A stretch of 64,000 nucleotides of DNA from Marsupella aquatica (lineage: Eukaryota > Plantae > Marchantiophyta), in NCBI GenBank assembly GCA_973895155.1, contig OZ316898.1, positions 7,551,079 through 7,615,078 on the forward strand, read 5' to 3'. Shown here piece after piece: positions 1 to 12,173 of this stretch (position 1 is the stretch's first letter; the number at the start of each line of letters is the position of its first letter). The notes beneath the pieces were generated by a model, which saw only the letters and a program-made list of their open reading frames with translations, was not told where the DNA came from and ran no database searches. The translations under genes were made by a program, and so were the position numbers.

Positions 1-152
1 GAGCCGACTCAGAATTCCTTTGATCATTTTGCTAAACCAAGCATGAAGTTTTTCTTCTTTCAGCATATTATCAGAATTTCAGGGCAGGCACCCAAAATGT
101 TCCCATTAGGTCAAACTTGAATGGTATGTACAATGTGAGTGCAGAGATCTAC

Positions 153-625
153 TTGCAAGCTTGATCTCATCCCTTGTTGTAGAATCTGTCAAGTACAGGG
201 TCATGAGTGGCTCGAATTCAGAATTGCTTGGCAACACTGATAATATACGTTCTCGGTATGCCCGCGCAGCAGCAACCGTTGTCACTGGAGGCTTTAAATT
301 AGGCATTATTATCGCACGCCGGAATGTTGATGCACTGCATGTTTAAGAAGATATTTTCCAGTCAAGTACCTATGAGATCTATTACATCATATGTCGTGCT
401 CAAAATAGATGATTCATAGAGTCCATATTTCTTCCCTCAAAACAGAGTAGAAGAATGAAATTCAAAACTAGTGTGTACCTATGAGGAACGACGGATGAAA
501 GAACATCCCCATCGCGCACATGAAGATGCCAATCGTCGGGTCGCGTAATAGTCAGACGTTGTATTTGGTTCGAGGACACATTCACTTTCCCCTGTGATGC
601 CGTTGCGTCTTGGGTTGCCTGCGCT
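153..625 (-). CDS. PYR4: Dihydroorotase (plant, PyrC type), partial: two clear exons (~625-479 and 334-153); the gene continues past the left edge and the first exon is uncertain (possibly ~854-806)
   Basis: Spliced translation [46 protein letters not shown]...[11 protein letters not shown] contains the DWHLH zinc-ligand motif and MPNLKPP of dihydroorotases; GT-AG boundaries at 478/335 and a donor at 152. Confidence 0.92.
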
Positions 626-2401
626 CTGCAACATTAAATAAATTCTCACAACATGTAGACATTGCACACGGAGCTGTTTCTCTACCAAAAGTCTCTACCA
701 AATTCGAGGGAAATATAGAGAGCATCTTGGCAGTGACATCTCAACCGAGATTATTGAAAGCTACGGTTGACTGATACGACCCGTGCAACTCAGGGCAACA
801 CTGACCTGCGCAGCTCGCCATCTGATGGAGAATTCAACCCTGAATCGCCTTCCATCTGTTCACACCCACCCGCCACAGGGTAAAGGTTGACATCCCAGAA
901 ACGCACAAAGAATTCTTCCGCATTCTACAGTGATGATGCCATTCCCACATTTCTCGTCGTTCGACGCAAAACCTAAATTTTAAAAGCCAGACTCTCAAAT
1001 TTGACGAAAGCAAGGAAATCCTCTAATCCCAACATCCTACCAACTGCTGCATTTTTCCGGTTGGCTTACCACAACGGTGCGTCTTTTGTGGGAGGCGATT
1101 AGAGGGGAAAAACATTGGAGCAGCAGCAGCAGAAGACCTCATTATGGACGCCATCGATTCTCCGCTTTGCCCGGCCCAATTTCGACTTTATGCAGGTGGA
1201 CTGTCTGATGCCAGGCCCGGGCAGGCCGGGCGAAAGCTGACCTTCGTTTGGGAACTTTGACAGATATCACCTTCTTATCGTAATAACGCTCTTCCACATT
1301 CGCTCTTTCGCACTTTTGCTCTTGGCTCCTCTCATTCCTCGAACATCAGAGCTGCAGGAAGTCAGGAACCTAAAGCCACCGAAGCTTAACGACTTCCACC
1401 TTTGACTGGATTGCTCTTTAATGGAGCTCCTGCGAGTTTCTGCTATCATTGAAAAGCTCGTTTCACCTTCGAGACGCACATGCAGCAACTGTCCGAACTC
1501 GCAAAACCTTTACCATGATGTGCAGTCTTGCTTCCTTGCTGTGGGCCATAGCCACGAGCTCTACGCATATGCAAACACACGACTGACATTTAAGGTTTAG
1601 TACCACGATTACCCACATAGATATGAATAATTTTTTTTGTTTGCATAACATCTTTTTTATGCTATTTCAATTAATCTTTGTCCCATATTTATTTTTAACA
1701 CCAAAGCCCGGATGGATTGGGAGGTTGTCTCCGAACATCCCGTGAGCATCTTAGACCTAATGATGAGAAAATCTAGGTAATATTCCTTCTCTCATTACCC
1801 GTTTACCCACAATTTAAGTACGTTGGGAGACTTTGTGCACCTAAAAGTGAACTGCAAACATGCATGAATGAAATAAAGGTGAAATAAAGACCTCTACAAT
1901 GGCAAAGTACTCCAAATGCTTATTGTAACAAGAGCAACTCTCTCAAAAGATTTCTCAACCATACCCTCTTAAATTAAAATCTCAGGTAACTTTGCTGCAA
2001 CAAAATAAGTCAAACCCCTACTTAACACAAGGGTAACACTATGGAATATTGTATTCCATCTCAAGAGCAATACTCTATGAAAATCAAGATTTTTCCCCTG
2101 GTTTCCTAGTGGAAATTGTTATATTGATTCACAGGTCATTGTGGTGCTTGTTTCCCCCTTTTGTGGGAGTTTTGCGATCTACTATAAACATACAAATATT
2201 CTTGAAAAAAATTGAGTTAATTTTGCTTTTGCTCATTGAACAAACTACTTGAGACGTTATGATTGTGAAGAGCTTAGTCTACACATAAGTTTATTTACCA
2301 TAAAGACAACCTATCAGTCCATCCAGGCTTTTAGTTCTTATTTTTCTCCATCCATATTTCAATTGTCTTTATTTGGAATCAATATCATATTTTTCCATCC
2401 T

Positions 2402-2578
2402 CATTTAATTTTTTTATTGAGACTCATGATCATTTTTGTCTGTATTAAGGGTTATGGTCACTCTCATTTAAAGTTTTTTTATTGAGACTCATGATCACTT
2501 TTGTGTGTATTAAGGGTTATGGTCACTCTCATTTAAAGTATTTTTATTGAGACTCATGATCACTTTTGTATGTATTAA
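2402..2578. repeat. Tandem repeat, ~65-bp unit x ~2.7
   Basis: ttttattgagactcatgatca(c)ttttgt.tgtattaag occurs three times in tandem. Confidence 0.85.
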
Positions 2579-2780
2579 GAATTACAGTCTACAGTCTTCA
2601 CTCTAGTCCCTAGGCCCTTAAGAGTAGACTTCCTTTGCACTTTTATAATAAGATATCCCCAGTGTAACACTACACCCAGATTTAGGGTTTATATATGCAC
2701 TAGTGTATGCCAAACTGTTACTGATTTTAAATTTTTTTTGTTGTATAGAATCTGTAAGGTTCACAAAGGGAACAGTAAGA

Positions 2781-2928
2781 CAATATTTTTTAAAGTTTTG
2801 TTTTCGTTTTTAGCAAAGGTGGCCAATGTTAGCTCTAAGGGAGGAGATGCTAGTCACAATATTTTTAAAGTTTTGTTTTTGTTTTTAACAAAGGTGGCCA
2901 ATGTCTCCTCTAAGGGAGGAGATGCTAG
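2781..2928. repeat. Tandem duplication, ~77-bp unit x2
   Basis: caatatttttaaagttttg...aaaggtggccaatgt...ctctaagggaggagatgctag repeated. Confidence 0.85.
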
Positions 2929-3590
2929 GAATATTCTTTATGAAATTTTCAAGGGTGATATCAGAGCGTCAGATCAAATATCCCTAGATTTAGGGACTCC
3001 TGTTAGATTCTGGCAAATGAGGTCCATGATTTGTTGGGATTGTGGCCACTGGCATAGAAAGAATCTAGCAAATTTTAGCCAAAAGTGGTGAACACTTTTT
3101 GGGGAGATGGAATTTGGTCAAACTTGCACCTAAAAAATAAGCTCAATTGAACCCAATACTGATCAGTCTCCACTCAAGTGACCTAGCACACAACAATGCA
3201 TCTCTAGGCAACTGCTACTCAATTTTAATTATTGCCCTTTCTGAATTTTCTCTTTTCTATTTTCAGAACACTTATGGATTAGAATGCACACTCAAGATTT
3301 ATCAAGGAAAAATGAATAGATAGGTTGTCACCCCTAAAGATGAAGATTCTCCTCTACTTTTACTAAAATAAATAAAAATAAAAATCTCTAGGGCCTTTAA
3401 GTATATTAAGCTCATGAATGTTACCAGAGTAATATGGACAATAATGGGAAAGAGCTCTTTTTTTGGGGTCTCACAATATCCTATAAAGAGGACTCTATTA
3501 TCTACATAAACCCAACTCTTTTGTAATTTTTGGTGCTTTATGGAGAACATTCACATTCCAGACTGGACACAAATTCTCCTTACTTGTTTG

Positions 3591-4184
3591 TAGGTTAACC
3601 CTGAAACTGAGGGTTATGGTAGACCCGACTCCCAAACTACTACTATTATTATTATTATACTGCCCTCCAAATAGTATGCAAGTTAAGTAACCTGTATTCT
3701 GGCCCATGGGAGCGTCTGATTCATTGTCCATCAACTTCGCTGGGTTGCCCTAACCTCCCTCTCCCGATGGTCATCCCCACATGTGCATTGCTCGTGAACA
3801 CTTGTCAAATGCATCCCAAAAAAGTGGCATCTTGCTGGCCCGACTTTCTCTCAAAAATGTCAAGAAAGTGGAAAACATTGGGTAAATGGGTTACATAGAC
3901 TAGAGTGTCCTCAAGACAGCAACATGTCACTTTCTTGACTTTTTTTTAAAGAAAGACAAGCCAGCAGGATGCCGTGTACTCTGGAGGCATTGGGCAGATG
4001 TTCACTAGCAATACCCAAGTAGGGGCAACCAGAGGGACCCAGCACCTGATGGGTCCATCTATGCTCCCATGGGCAGGAATCTGGGTTACTTAGACTTGTA
4101 TACTATTTTTGGGGCAGTATAGGAATACAAATAGTTTTGGGGGTCAGGTCTGTAAGAACCCTCCTCAGGTAAGGAGTTAACCTA
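3591..4184. mobile_element. Foldback/MITE-like element (~590-bp imperfect palindrome) with TA-flanked ends
   Basis: Ends TAGGTTAAC...GTTAACCTA; internal arms match as reverse complements (tatactgccc/gggcagtata, cccatgggagc/gctcccatggg, gtcaagaaagtg/cactttcttgac). Confidence 0.75.
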
Positions 4185-4209
4185 ATACAAAGCTATTTAT
4201 CCATGTATT

Positions 4210-4444
4210 ATAGTTTACGAGCCCTATGCCAGTGCAAATGTAAAGAGAGCCGGCCCATAGGGATCGGGCCAGGGCATTTATGGGGCAGCAGGAGCATATA
4301 TGTGCCAGGGGTACACATTTCTCCCATCAATGGTCAAGGAAAACAACCAATCGAATCCAACGGCTGTGGATCTTTCCCGCCCATGAGCTTTTTTGTATTG
4401 GGATGAAGGACAAAAAAAAGCGGGTCCCTTATTATAGTTGTAGA
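4210..4444 (-). mobile_element. Short non-autonomous Helitron-like element (degenerate)
   Basis: Minus-strand 5' end A|TCTACAACTATAATAAGGGA matches the 5' end at 16867; the 3' hairpin is only weakly recognisable. Confidence 0.35.
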
Positions 4445-4560
4445 TATGTCCATTGATTATAATGTTTCCAATGAGGTTTCCAATGCCCAGTCAAATGCTT
4501 ATGTGATTATTAATAGATCAATAGGTGTCACCTGAGCTGAGAGCCCCTCAAAATAGAGTT

Positions 4561-4877
4561 AGCGTAGGTCAATTTTCTAGGGGATTTGCCTGGAATTGAG
4601 AGGTCCCGGGTTCAATCTCCCCTCCACACAGTGGGGTGTGGAGGGTAAATGTGTGTGGGTGGGATGAGTTTTGTGGGTAATGGATTGGAGTTTTGATTAT
4701 CTGCTTGGCCCCTGGTTGCCCACTTTGTGCCCCTTATCCAATCCTCTCTCCTTCCTGGTGCGGGTCCTTGTCGGATTGGTTGGGGCTCACCCTGGTCTGG
4801 GTTCCTACAGAAAAAGTGTCACATTGGGGTGGGGGGAGTATAATTGTATTTCCTCCCCATTTTTGTTCAAGACAAAA
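4561..4877 (+). mobile_element. tRNA-derived SINE-like element
   Basis: B-box-like GGTTCAATCTC near 4609-4619, A-rich tail near 4874-4881, flanking direct repeat aaaa(t/c)agagtt at 4550-4560 and 4878-4888. Confidence 0.5.
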
Positions 4878-5843
4878 AAAACAGAGTTGATTAGTATTGT
4901 ACTTCTCTTTGACCTAGAAAGTAGTGTACCTATAAGGTACGTTAACTTGTACATTCAAGTTAATGTACATGTCCTTCACCCTGAAAGCAATGTATCTCTC
5001 GTCACACCTTGAAGGTACACCTTTTTTGCATTTACTTTATTATAATCAGTCTCAAAAATACTTTTGAGCCCCCTTTTGAAGAGGGTACGATAGACTGTGT
5101 TTCATAAATTAGTTAGATTAATCGATCCTCTACATAGATACTATAGCCTTTATTGTGGATAAGTTCAAATAGATGTGTCTTAGAACACGCCAGCTATATG
5201 CAAGGTCATATCATGTGCGACAGTTTAAAGTACTTCTGACCCTTAGTTTCAATAACTTTAAATAAAGCTGCACAAATCAATCTATCATGAGCACATGTGA
5301 CATTTTTCAATCTAAGAACTCATTATTTTCACTAAATTCTTGGAAAATCTTACTTTCTGCCTTTTTCCATCAAATCTTTATCTACCTAAGAGGGTTACCG
5401 TACATTATTAGATCTAAGAACTTTAAGCTAGGATAGACCTCCAAGTATGACCAAATGCTCTGCTAGATTTTTGCAATGTAGATGGACCTTGGCAAAACAT
5501 ACATATTGACTCAGATGATATACATTACACTTCTGTCTGAAGGTTGACCTGTAACTCCCCTGAGACCAGTTGCTCGAGGTACTCTGTCAGTTCAGCCAGT
5601 AGTCTGTCCATTGGAGCCGGTTTCCTTAAGTGAGTTTTGGTCTCAAGTTAGCCTAAAGTCCCTATGAGTACTAGGCATTTCCCATGAGCCGATTATCCTG
5701 GCATTGCTGCGGCTGAGTTTTGGCCAGTGCGTCATATTCTTCACCCATGGTTTCTACTTTATGTTTGTGCATTCCATCACTAGCTAGATAGATGTGCGCA
5801 ACAAATGCTTTCAACCTGATCAGGCCATTAGAAAGACCCAGAC

Positions 5844-6137
5844 CTTGGGGCCTCATTCCAAGGGAGGACTATCCCATAGCACGCACAAAGTTTTCAAGTA
5901 ATAAATAACATAAAACTTAAGAAAATAAAGTGGATGTTTAGTATTTTACCCCTAACTTTATCGAATATTCTCACATTTAATTAAAAAACCCTATAGTTCT
6001 TATATTTCTCAAAATTGGATTTAAACATCCCTATATTTCTTCAACAAAATTTTTAAAGTCTTCTGTGCAAATGAATTAAAAAACCCCTAACTTATTTGCA
6101 CGTGATGGGTTGGAAGAAAAGAAGTGAGGACCCCGGG
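5844..6137 (+). mobile_element. ~294-bp MITE, older copy of the family inserted at 32164
   Basis: 8-bp TSD ACCCAGAC at 5836-5843 and 6138-6145; degenerate TIRs cttggggcctcatt / agtgaggaccccggg; internal blocks (ctcaaaattg.atttaaa, gcacgtgat, gaagtga) align with 32164-32460. Confidence 0.85.
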
Positions 6138-6239
6138 ACCCAGACTCTTAATTGAGTGCACTAATAAAATAAACTGCAAAGGACTCTGTGTAGTTGTTGC
6201 TTCAGCCAAATCAGCCATATGCAATCCATTGCATCAAAT

Positions 6240-6627
6240 CTAGGGCGGAGTTGCAACCCTGGTTAAAACTAGGGGGTTTCAAACTTCAAAATTTAACAGT
6301 CAAGGTTAAAACCATAACAATTCATGCACTACCAAAATCATGATCCATAACTTACCTTTTGCCATGATGACTATTGGTCATATGTCATAACCATCGCCAT
6401 GATGATTGGTCACGTGTCATGACCATATATAACTCACTCTATAGGGAAGCTAGTGAAAATTTAGAAACTAGGGCGGAGTTGCAACCCTGGTTAAAACTAG
6501 GGGGTTTCAAACTTCAAAATTTAACAGTCAAGGTTAAAACCATAACAATTCATGCACTACCAAAATCATGATCCATAACTTACCTTTTGCCATGATGACT
6601 ATTGGTCATATGTCATAACCATCGCCA
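6240..6627. repeat. Direct duplication of 160 bp (6240-6399 and 6468-6627)
   Basis: ctagggcggagttgcaaccctgg...cataaccatcgcca present twice, apparently identical. Confidence 0.9.
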
Positions 6628-9600
6628 GGCTATGGCCAGTTTTAGGCCAAAAGCCCATGTTTCCTAATTGAGAAGCCCTAATGGGTTCCTTTGCGGCACA
6701 CTGCTTCTGAAATGGGGGCATTAATAAAAGCAACATCCTTCCCTACTTTCCCCAAATGGTGTTGGGAAGTCTAACGATCTGCAAGATTGACAACAAGTGG
6801 TATGAGCAGTCCAAGGCAATACTGTTTGAGGAGGGAGGGACAAAATCAATGATGGATCGAAGACCCTCCTTTGCGATTTACTCTAGAGTTATACCAGGCT
6901 TTTCAGGTCTCCGCTCAATAGAGTGTTAACATTCAGGGCTCCTTTGTAGGTTACTTTTTTGTCCTTGTTCTCATGTGTTTTTGGTTTGTTTTTGTTTGTG
7001 ACCTGGGCTTGTTTTTCTTGGGGCCCTTTCTCCTCTTCATTGGGTTGCTTTGCTTTGGTATCTTGTCTCCCAGTTGGACTCAGATATCTATTGAGAGCTC
7101 TTTCACTTTTCAATTCTCGGGCTGACTAGATCATGTCGAGTTGTATGCATGCATGCCACCTTCGTTGTTTTTACATCGCAACGACGCATTCGCTCGACCC
7201 GCCAAGGCGCCAACAATCTTGCATCGAATTAAGGTGGGGCCGTGCTGCCACCTTGCTTCGGGCTTGCTTTGCTGTGCTTTGCTTTGCTTTGGCGGCTAGC
7301 AGGCCTTGGACGTGGGTCCTGGGCATTCATTGAAATGTTTTCTAGATCAGGCAACTTTGGTGGACATACAGGATGGATTCGTCATCATCATCATCATCAT
7401 CATGCATGCCTTTTCTATTTTGCGAACGGACCTGAAGGCTCGATCACAATTGCAGCAAATCTTGGTGATGACGATGAATAAGAATTCAGGTTGTGTGGTG
7501 AGACAAGCTTCATGCGCTCAATCCACACTGTACCGCAGTGTGGTACTAAAACCCTTAATATGGCATGTTACCAGTGGAGTTGGGTTATTGAGAATTATCC
7601 AGGTTCAGGTTCGCTCTTTCCAAAATTTAGAGCTGCTTTTAGAGTCAAGTTACTGATCAGCTAAATCTAAAGCTGTACTTCTGGCGACTTAGCAGCTGAG
7701 TGATGTGGTAGCAGATACACAGCAATCGAATTAAATCCAAATTACTTGAATCGTTGGATAGACTCTAAAGCTTAGAACTGTACCCTGACTTTTTTTCTGT
7801 CCTGTCACTAGCGAAGATTTTGGTACATCCAGAGCCTCGTACTGTTCCTGAGGTCATATTCGCATCTGAGGAATCACGGTAAAGTGATCCTAGCTGACAG
7901 CGATAAATTCGTCTAGTGACCAAGCATCGGGGGAGGTTTAACCCATTAACTGATATACCTGAATCAAAGCACTGTTGTTAATTCAGACTTAGATTTTTTA
8001 ATTTTTTCAATACCACAGTTGGATGGCCGATGGACCACAATTAGGGAGGACTTGGGGGACACGTAATTTCAGAATACTACCTGAGTGGTGTTGGTTCATA
8101 AGTAAGATTGAAATTTGGTATGGTAGCTTTGGATCAGAAACAGCTGTCAGCCAGTTGATTAGTTTAGAGGAAGCGATCAGTCCTATCGTTTTAATAACTG
8201 TTTGACGATGATTTTCTAAAATTATCAGCTTTGGATCAGCAAACGCTTTCTGCGACGTGAAGCGATTATTCATTATCTGTCAAATGAGCGCTGTATCTCG
8301 GATGTAAGGTGAATTCTTGAAGTGGACTCAAAAAAGTTTTCAATTCTTTCCAAGAATTGAATAGCACCAATCCTCAATCGTAAATTAAACATTTTGTAAC
8401 AGCTGTGTTGACAACTGATCCTTTAATTCTGTATCAATATATGTCTACACAGCTGTTAACAAAACCAACTTAATTCGTGCAACAAAAGCAACAATAGGAT
8501 TGCCGACCGAAGACCAGTTAAACTGCTTGCCGGTCTATATAACAAACATTTTATTACAATTCTTGCAGAAGAAATTAACGATACGACAGAACTGCGCTGA
8601 TTGAGTCATTGCTCAAACAGGGGTGATTACGTAAGATGCGAAATATGGTGCCCAGAAGCTTCAGCGTGATTGATTGAAACGCCTAGTTAGTCATCAATTT
8701 ATGTCATTGCTTTGCAGAAGTCGTTCAACAATTAGACATCCCGAGAAGCCAGTCACGGCAAATTCAGAGCTCAGTACTTTTGCAGTTGAATATGCGACTT
8801 CGAGGTAATCCACCGCCCCGCACCGCCCCTTGGCAGACAGCCAGGAGTATCTATCGCTGGCTCGCTAAACGAAAACCGACGCGGCCGACAAATTCCCGGA
8901 GTGAATCCAAGTGGCGATTGACTTTCCGGACCGATGAGATATAATGATCGTAAAGGCATGTCAAACAAATCGTGCGTCAATGAAATAGTTGTCGAATGGA
9001 AAGAAATTATTTGGAACGACTGAAAGCCAGCCAGCGCGCGACAGCTGCTGCAGCTTTTGGAGGGCTGCCCTAGCTTTGGGATCTTTCCAAAGCACGCACG
9101 CACGCAGAGAAGATCGATCGGAAACTGTCCAATGAAATGCATCCTTCTAATTAAGCCATTTACTTTTAGACGATCATGGTCATTTAATTAGCCCCATCAT
9201 TCTAGCTCGTCAGGTTCGCCGCAATCTCATTCCACTTCATCTCGACCACTACCATGAGACAGTCTTTCGCTCGCTGAATACCCAAGTTCATTTGTAATAA
9301 GCTGACTCGGTTCGTCCCAAAGTTCCTGCATTCCTGCCACATGGCTGTCTACTTTAGAGTGCCCAGCTAGACAGACACGGTTCTTAAGCCTGGAATCAAG
9401 CGCAATCTAGTTCAACCACTGACAACGCACTTCGCAGTGATGGATCATGGAAAGGCCTCGACCAGCGGCATAATTATATTACAGAATGGTAAGCTGCAAA
9501 AGCACTTTAAAACGTAGATTCACAGCAATGACTGCTGTAACTCGGTTCTGACTTCGCTGTCGAACCACGAGCATTGGAACAGTTCAGTCACGAACATACA

Positions 9601-10414
9601 TTAGACTACTTTCTTAGTACTATAGCTATGTTAGAGTCCCCAATTAATTTAATCTAACATTGGTGTCACGAGCATACAGTACTCTATTTTATTACTGGTT
9701 CCTCTAGAATGATCCAATTATACTGTTTTATAACTTGCTGCTTCAGAACGACCAATCTTAAGTACTATTTAAGCAAACCATGCAGCCAGTCCCTAAAACA
9801 ACACACAATTTTTAATTTTATTTTTTTAAAGGGAAATCTTGCTAAAAAAATTCACACGATAATTTTTTGCTTCTAGGGGAAATCTGTGAAAACCCACACA
9901 GAAAGGGAATAATTCAACCACAACATCTGAACTCTACACCTATGATCACTTGACAGTCAAGTGAGCTGAGTCTCTAGTCAAGTGAGCTACCACCATAGTC
10001 TCAACTCAAGTGAACTACCACCACATGATAAATTTAAAAACAAAGAGCGAAGAATGGTCATTCTCAAGGATGGCCATGTCACCAGTCTGTTACAAAACTA
10101 CACGACAGAACCAAGGAGGAGAATCGACTGTCATAGTAACTGACTACTAATGTTGTGAAGCTAATCAGGTAGGTAGGTAGCTAGGCGTCAGTCTGGCCAG
10201 CCATAGATTTTAAGTACAGTACATAAATGGATTTATTTCATTTGGAAACTTGCAGCGACTGTCCATGAGAAAGTTGAGACTATCTTTGAACTTTCTAGAC
10301 TACCAGATGACTACCATAGAGCGAGCCGTAGAGCTGTTTTCGCATTTGCTCTGTCGCCAACATACAATCAACCTGTCATGCATGTGGACTCTTTCGGAGG
10401 TCCCTACTCCCTAT

Positions 10415-10765
10415 ACTCGTAGATATAGTCGATATATAAAGCTTTACCTTTTTGGAACTGAACTTATCTCAGAAAAACGTTGGAGTCCTGGCCACACAGT
10501 ACAGTTTGGAACAGGTTGTGCGGTACGAGTATACAGTAAATTATTGTCTTTCGATTCCATCCACCTCCACTGTACACTGGACGTCGATGTGACCTCATTG
10601 ATAACTATCAACTTACCCCCTCCTTGTACCCCACCCCCGCCCCACCCCGTTGAATTTTCATGAAGTTCCAAAAGATATAACCTCGATCGCGTGGAGTTGG
10701 CTGTTAGGTGTGTGGCACGGTAGTGCATACACTACTATATCTATTACACTACTATATCTATGGGG
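10415..10765. mobile_element. Degenerate MITE/foldback-like element
   Basis: Nested inverted repeats tagatatagt/actatatcta and ttttggaact/agttccaaaa; no TSD resolved. Confidence 0.35.
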
Positions 10766-12173
10766 ACTACTTTATCATAAGAGTAGCCCATGTAGTCGAC
10801 CCCAAACAGAAGCGTTGTAATAAATTCGTTGACAATACAAGAACTGCAGCAATAATAGTTCTCCGACAAGTTGTTGTCGGGTTTTCCTTATAGATTTACT
10901 CAATCCTTTGTGCATAATTACGTTTAGATTTGTGGTTCATGATCACTTTCAGGGCTACAATATTCTTGCGAGGGGAATCTGAACATTCCTCGTTGGGAGG
11001 TATCCCCTCGTTAAATTCTCTTCAAAAACCTGCTGTCTATTATATAGCATTGCCAATTGTCGAGTGCTCACACAACCGATTAGCTCATTGTTGCTTCGCT
11101 CCCGCTGAGTTAGCTCTCACCAGGCGAATCAATTTGATGACGATTTAGACTTAATACTCAGTTATCATGACCGATTTCATCCCATGCACTTAATTTGCTT
11201 CGGAACAGCTTCCTCTTTCATCGGGTATACACATGACACGATGTTGGCGACTATATATTCACGATTACAGTCGTAATATATCAGATTGGAGTTTACGATC
11301 TGTGTACTGCAAATTGTTTTACAGTTGAGTAAACAGTATGATCTTGCAACTTTTAGGCAGCTGTTTACGAGAGAATATACTAGTTTGTAATTGTTTGGAT
11401 TAGCAGTTCATTCCTTAGCTTTCCAGACTCGGATATATTGAAAACTCAGGACAGATCTAGAGGGCTTAATAGATTGCTCCAGCTTTCATTGCTGAATAGT
11501 GCGGATTTATAATCGAGGACACACACTCAAAAGACAAAATGTGGCTCATGAATTCATTACTTCCCTAGCATCTGAACCATCATGGCAAGCATTACAAAAA
11601 AACGTCCACACTGTAAGGTCACGAGATTGGAGACACACTGGAGATTGGTACAGCGAGAAAGTATTCTTTATACATATACAAATACATCTAATAGTTCTCT
11701 CAAGAGATCGAGTGCAAATTTGCCATAAGAAATAATCAAATTGCCATTTCAACAATCGAAAACGTGGAGCATTCATAGTCCTGCTTCCCAAGCTTTGCCT
11801 GCCTACGTGTACTTTACAGACTCTGTACATTACTTTTTGCCCAGAAAGTCGAAGATCCAAAATGCTTAAATAAGCGAACGTCAGAATCAAACTTATTCCC
11901 AGGAAGCCAGATAGTTCAGGCCACAGATATGCGCTTTGGGAGGTCTGAACAGAACATGTTCACGAAAGGCCGGGGAACAACCATTGCGGCACTGGGAGGA
12001 CGTTCAACTTGGCAACCACACAACTCATGTACCGGTCCATCAAAAGATCCCTATCAGCTAGGTTCGAAACCATCACAAAATTAAGACAAAATGCAGTCGA
12101 GCAGTCTAAGACGCTTCAGGAATGTCTGTTGCACGATGGCTTCAATCACCCAAGGATAACGCTTTCAACAGAT

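Noticed and set aside
6240-6627. TRIM (mini LTR element) interpretation of the 160-bp direct repeats
   Set aside because: No TG..CA termini, PBS or 5-bp TSD
9915-10025. tRNA-like sequence on the minus strand (ggtagctcacttgactagag...)
   Set aside because: Only an A-box-like half with internal duplication and no cloverleaf; at best a decayed SINE head
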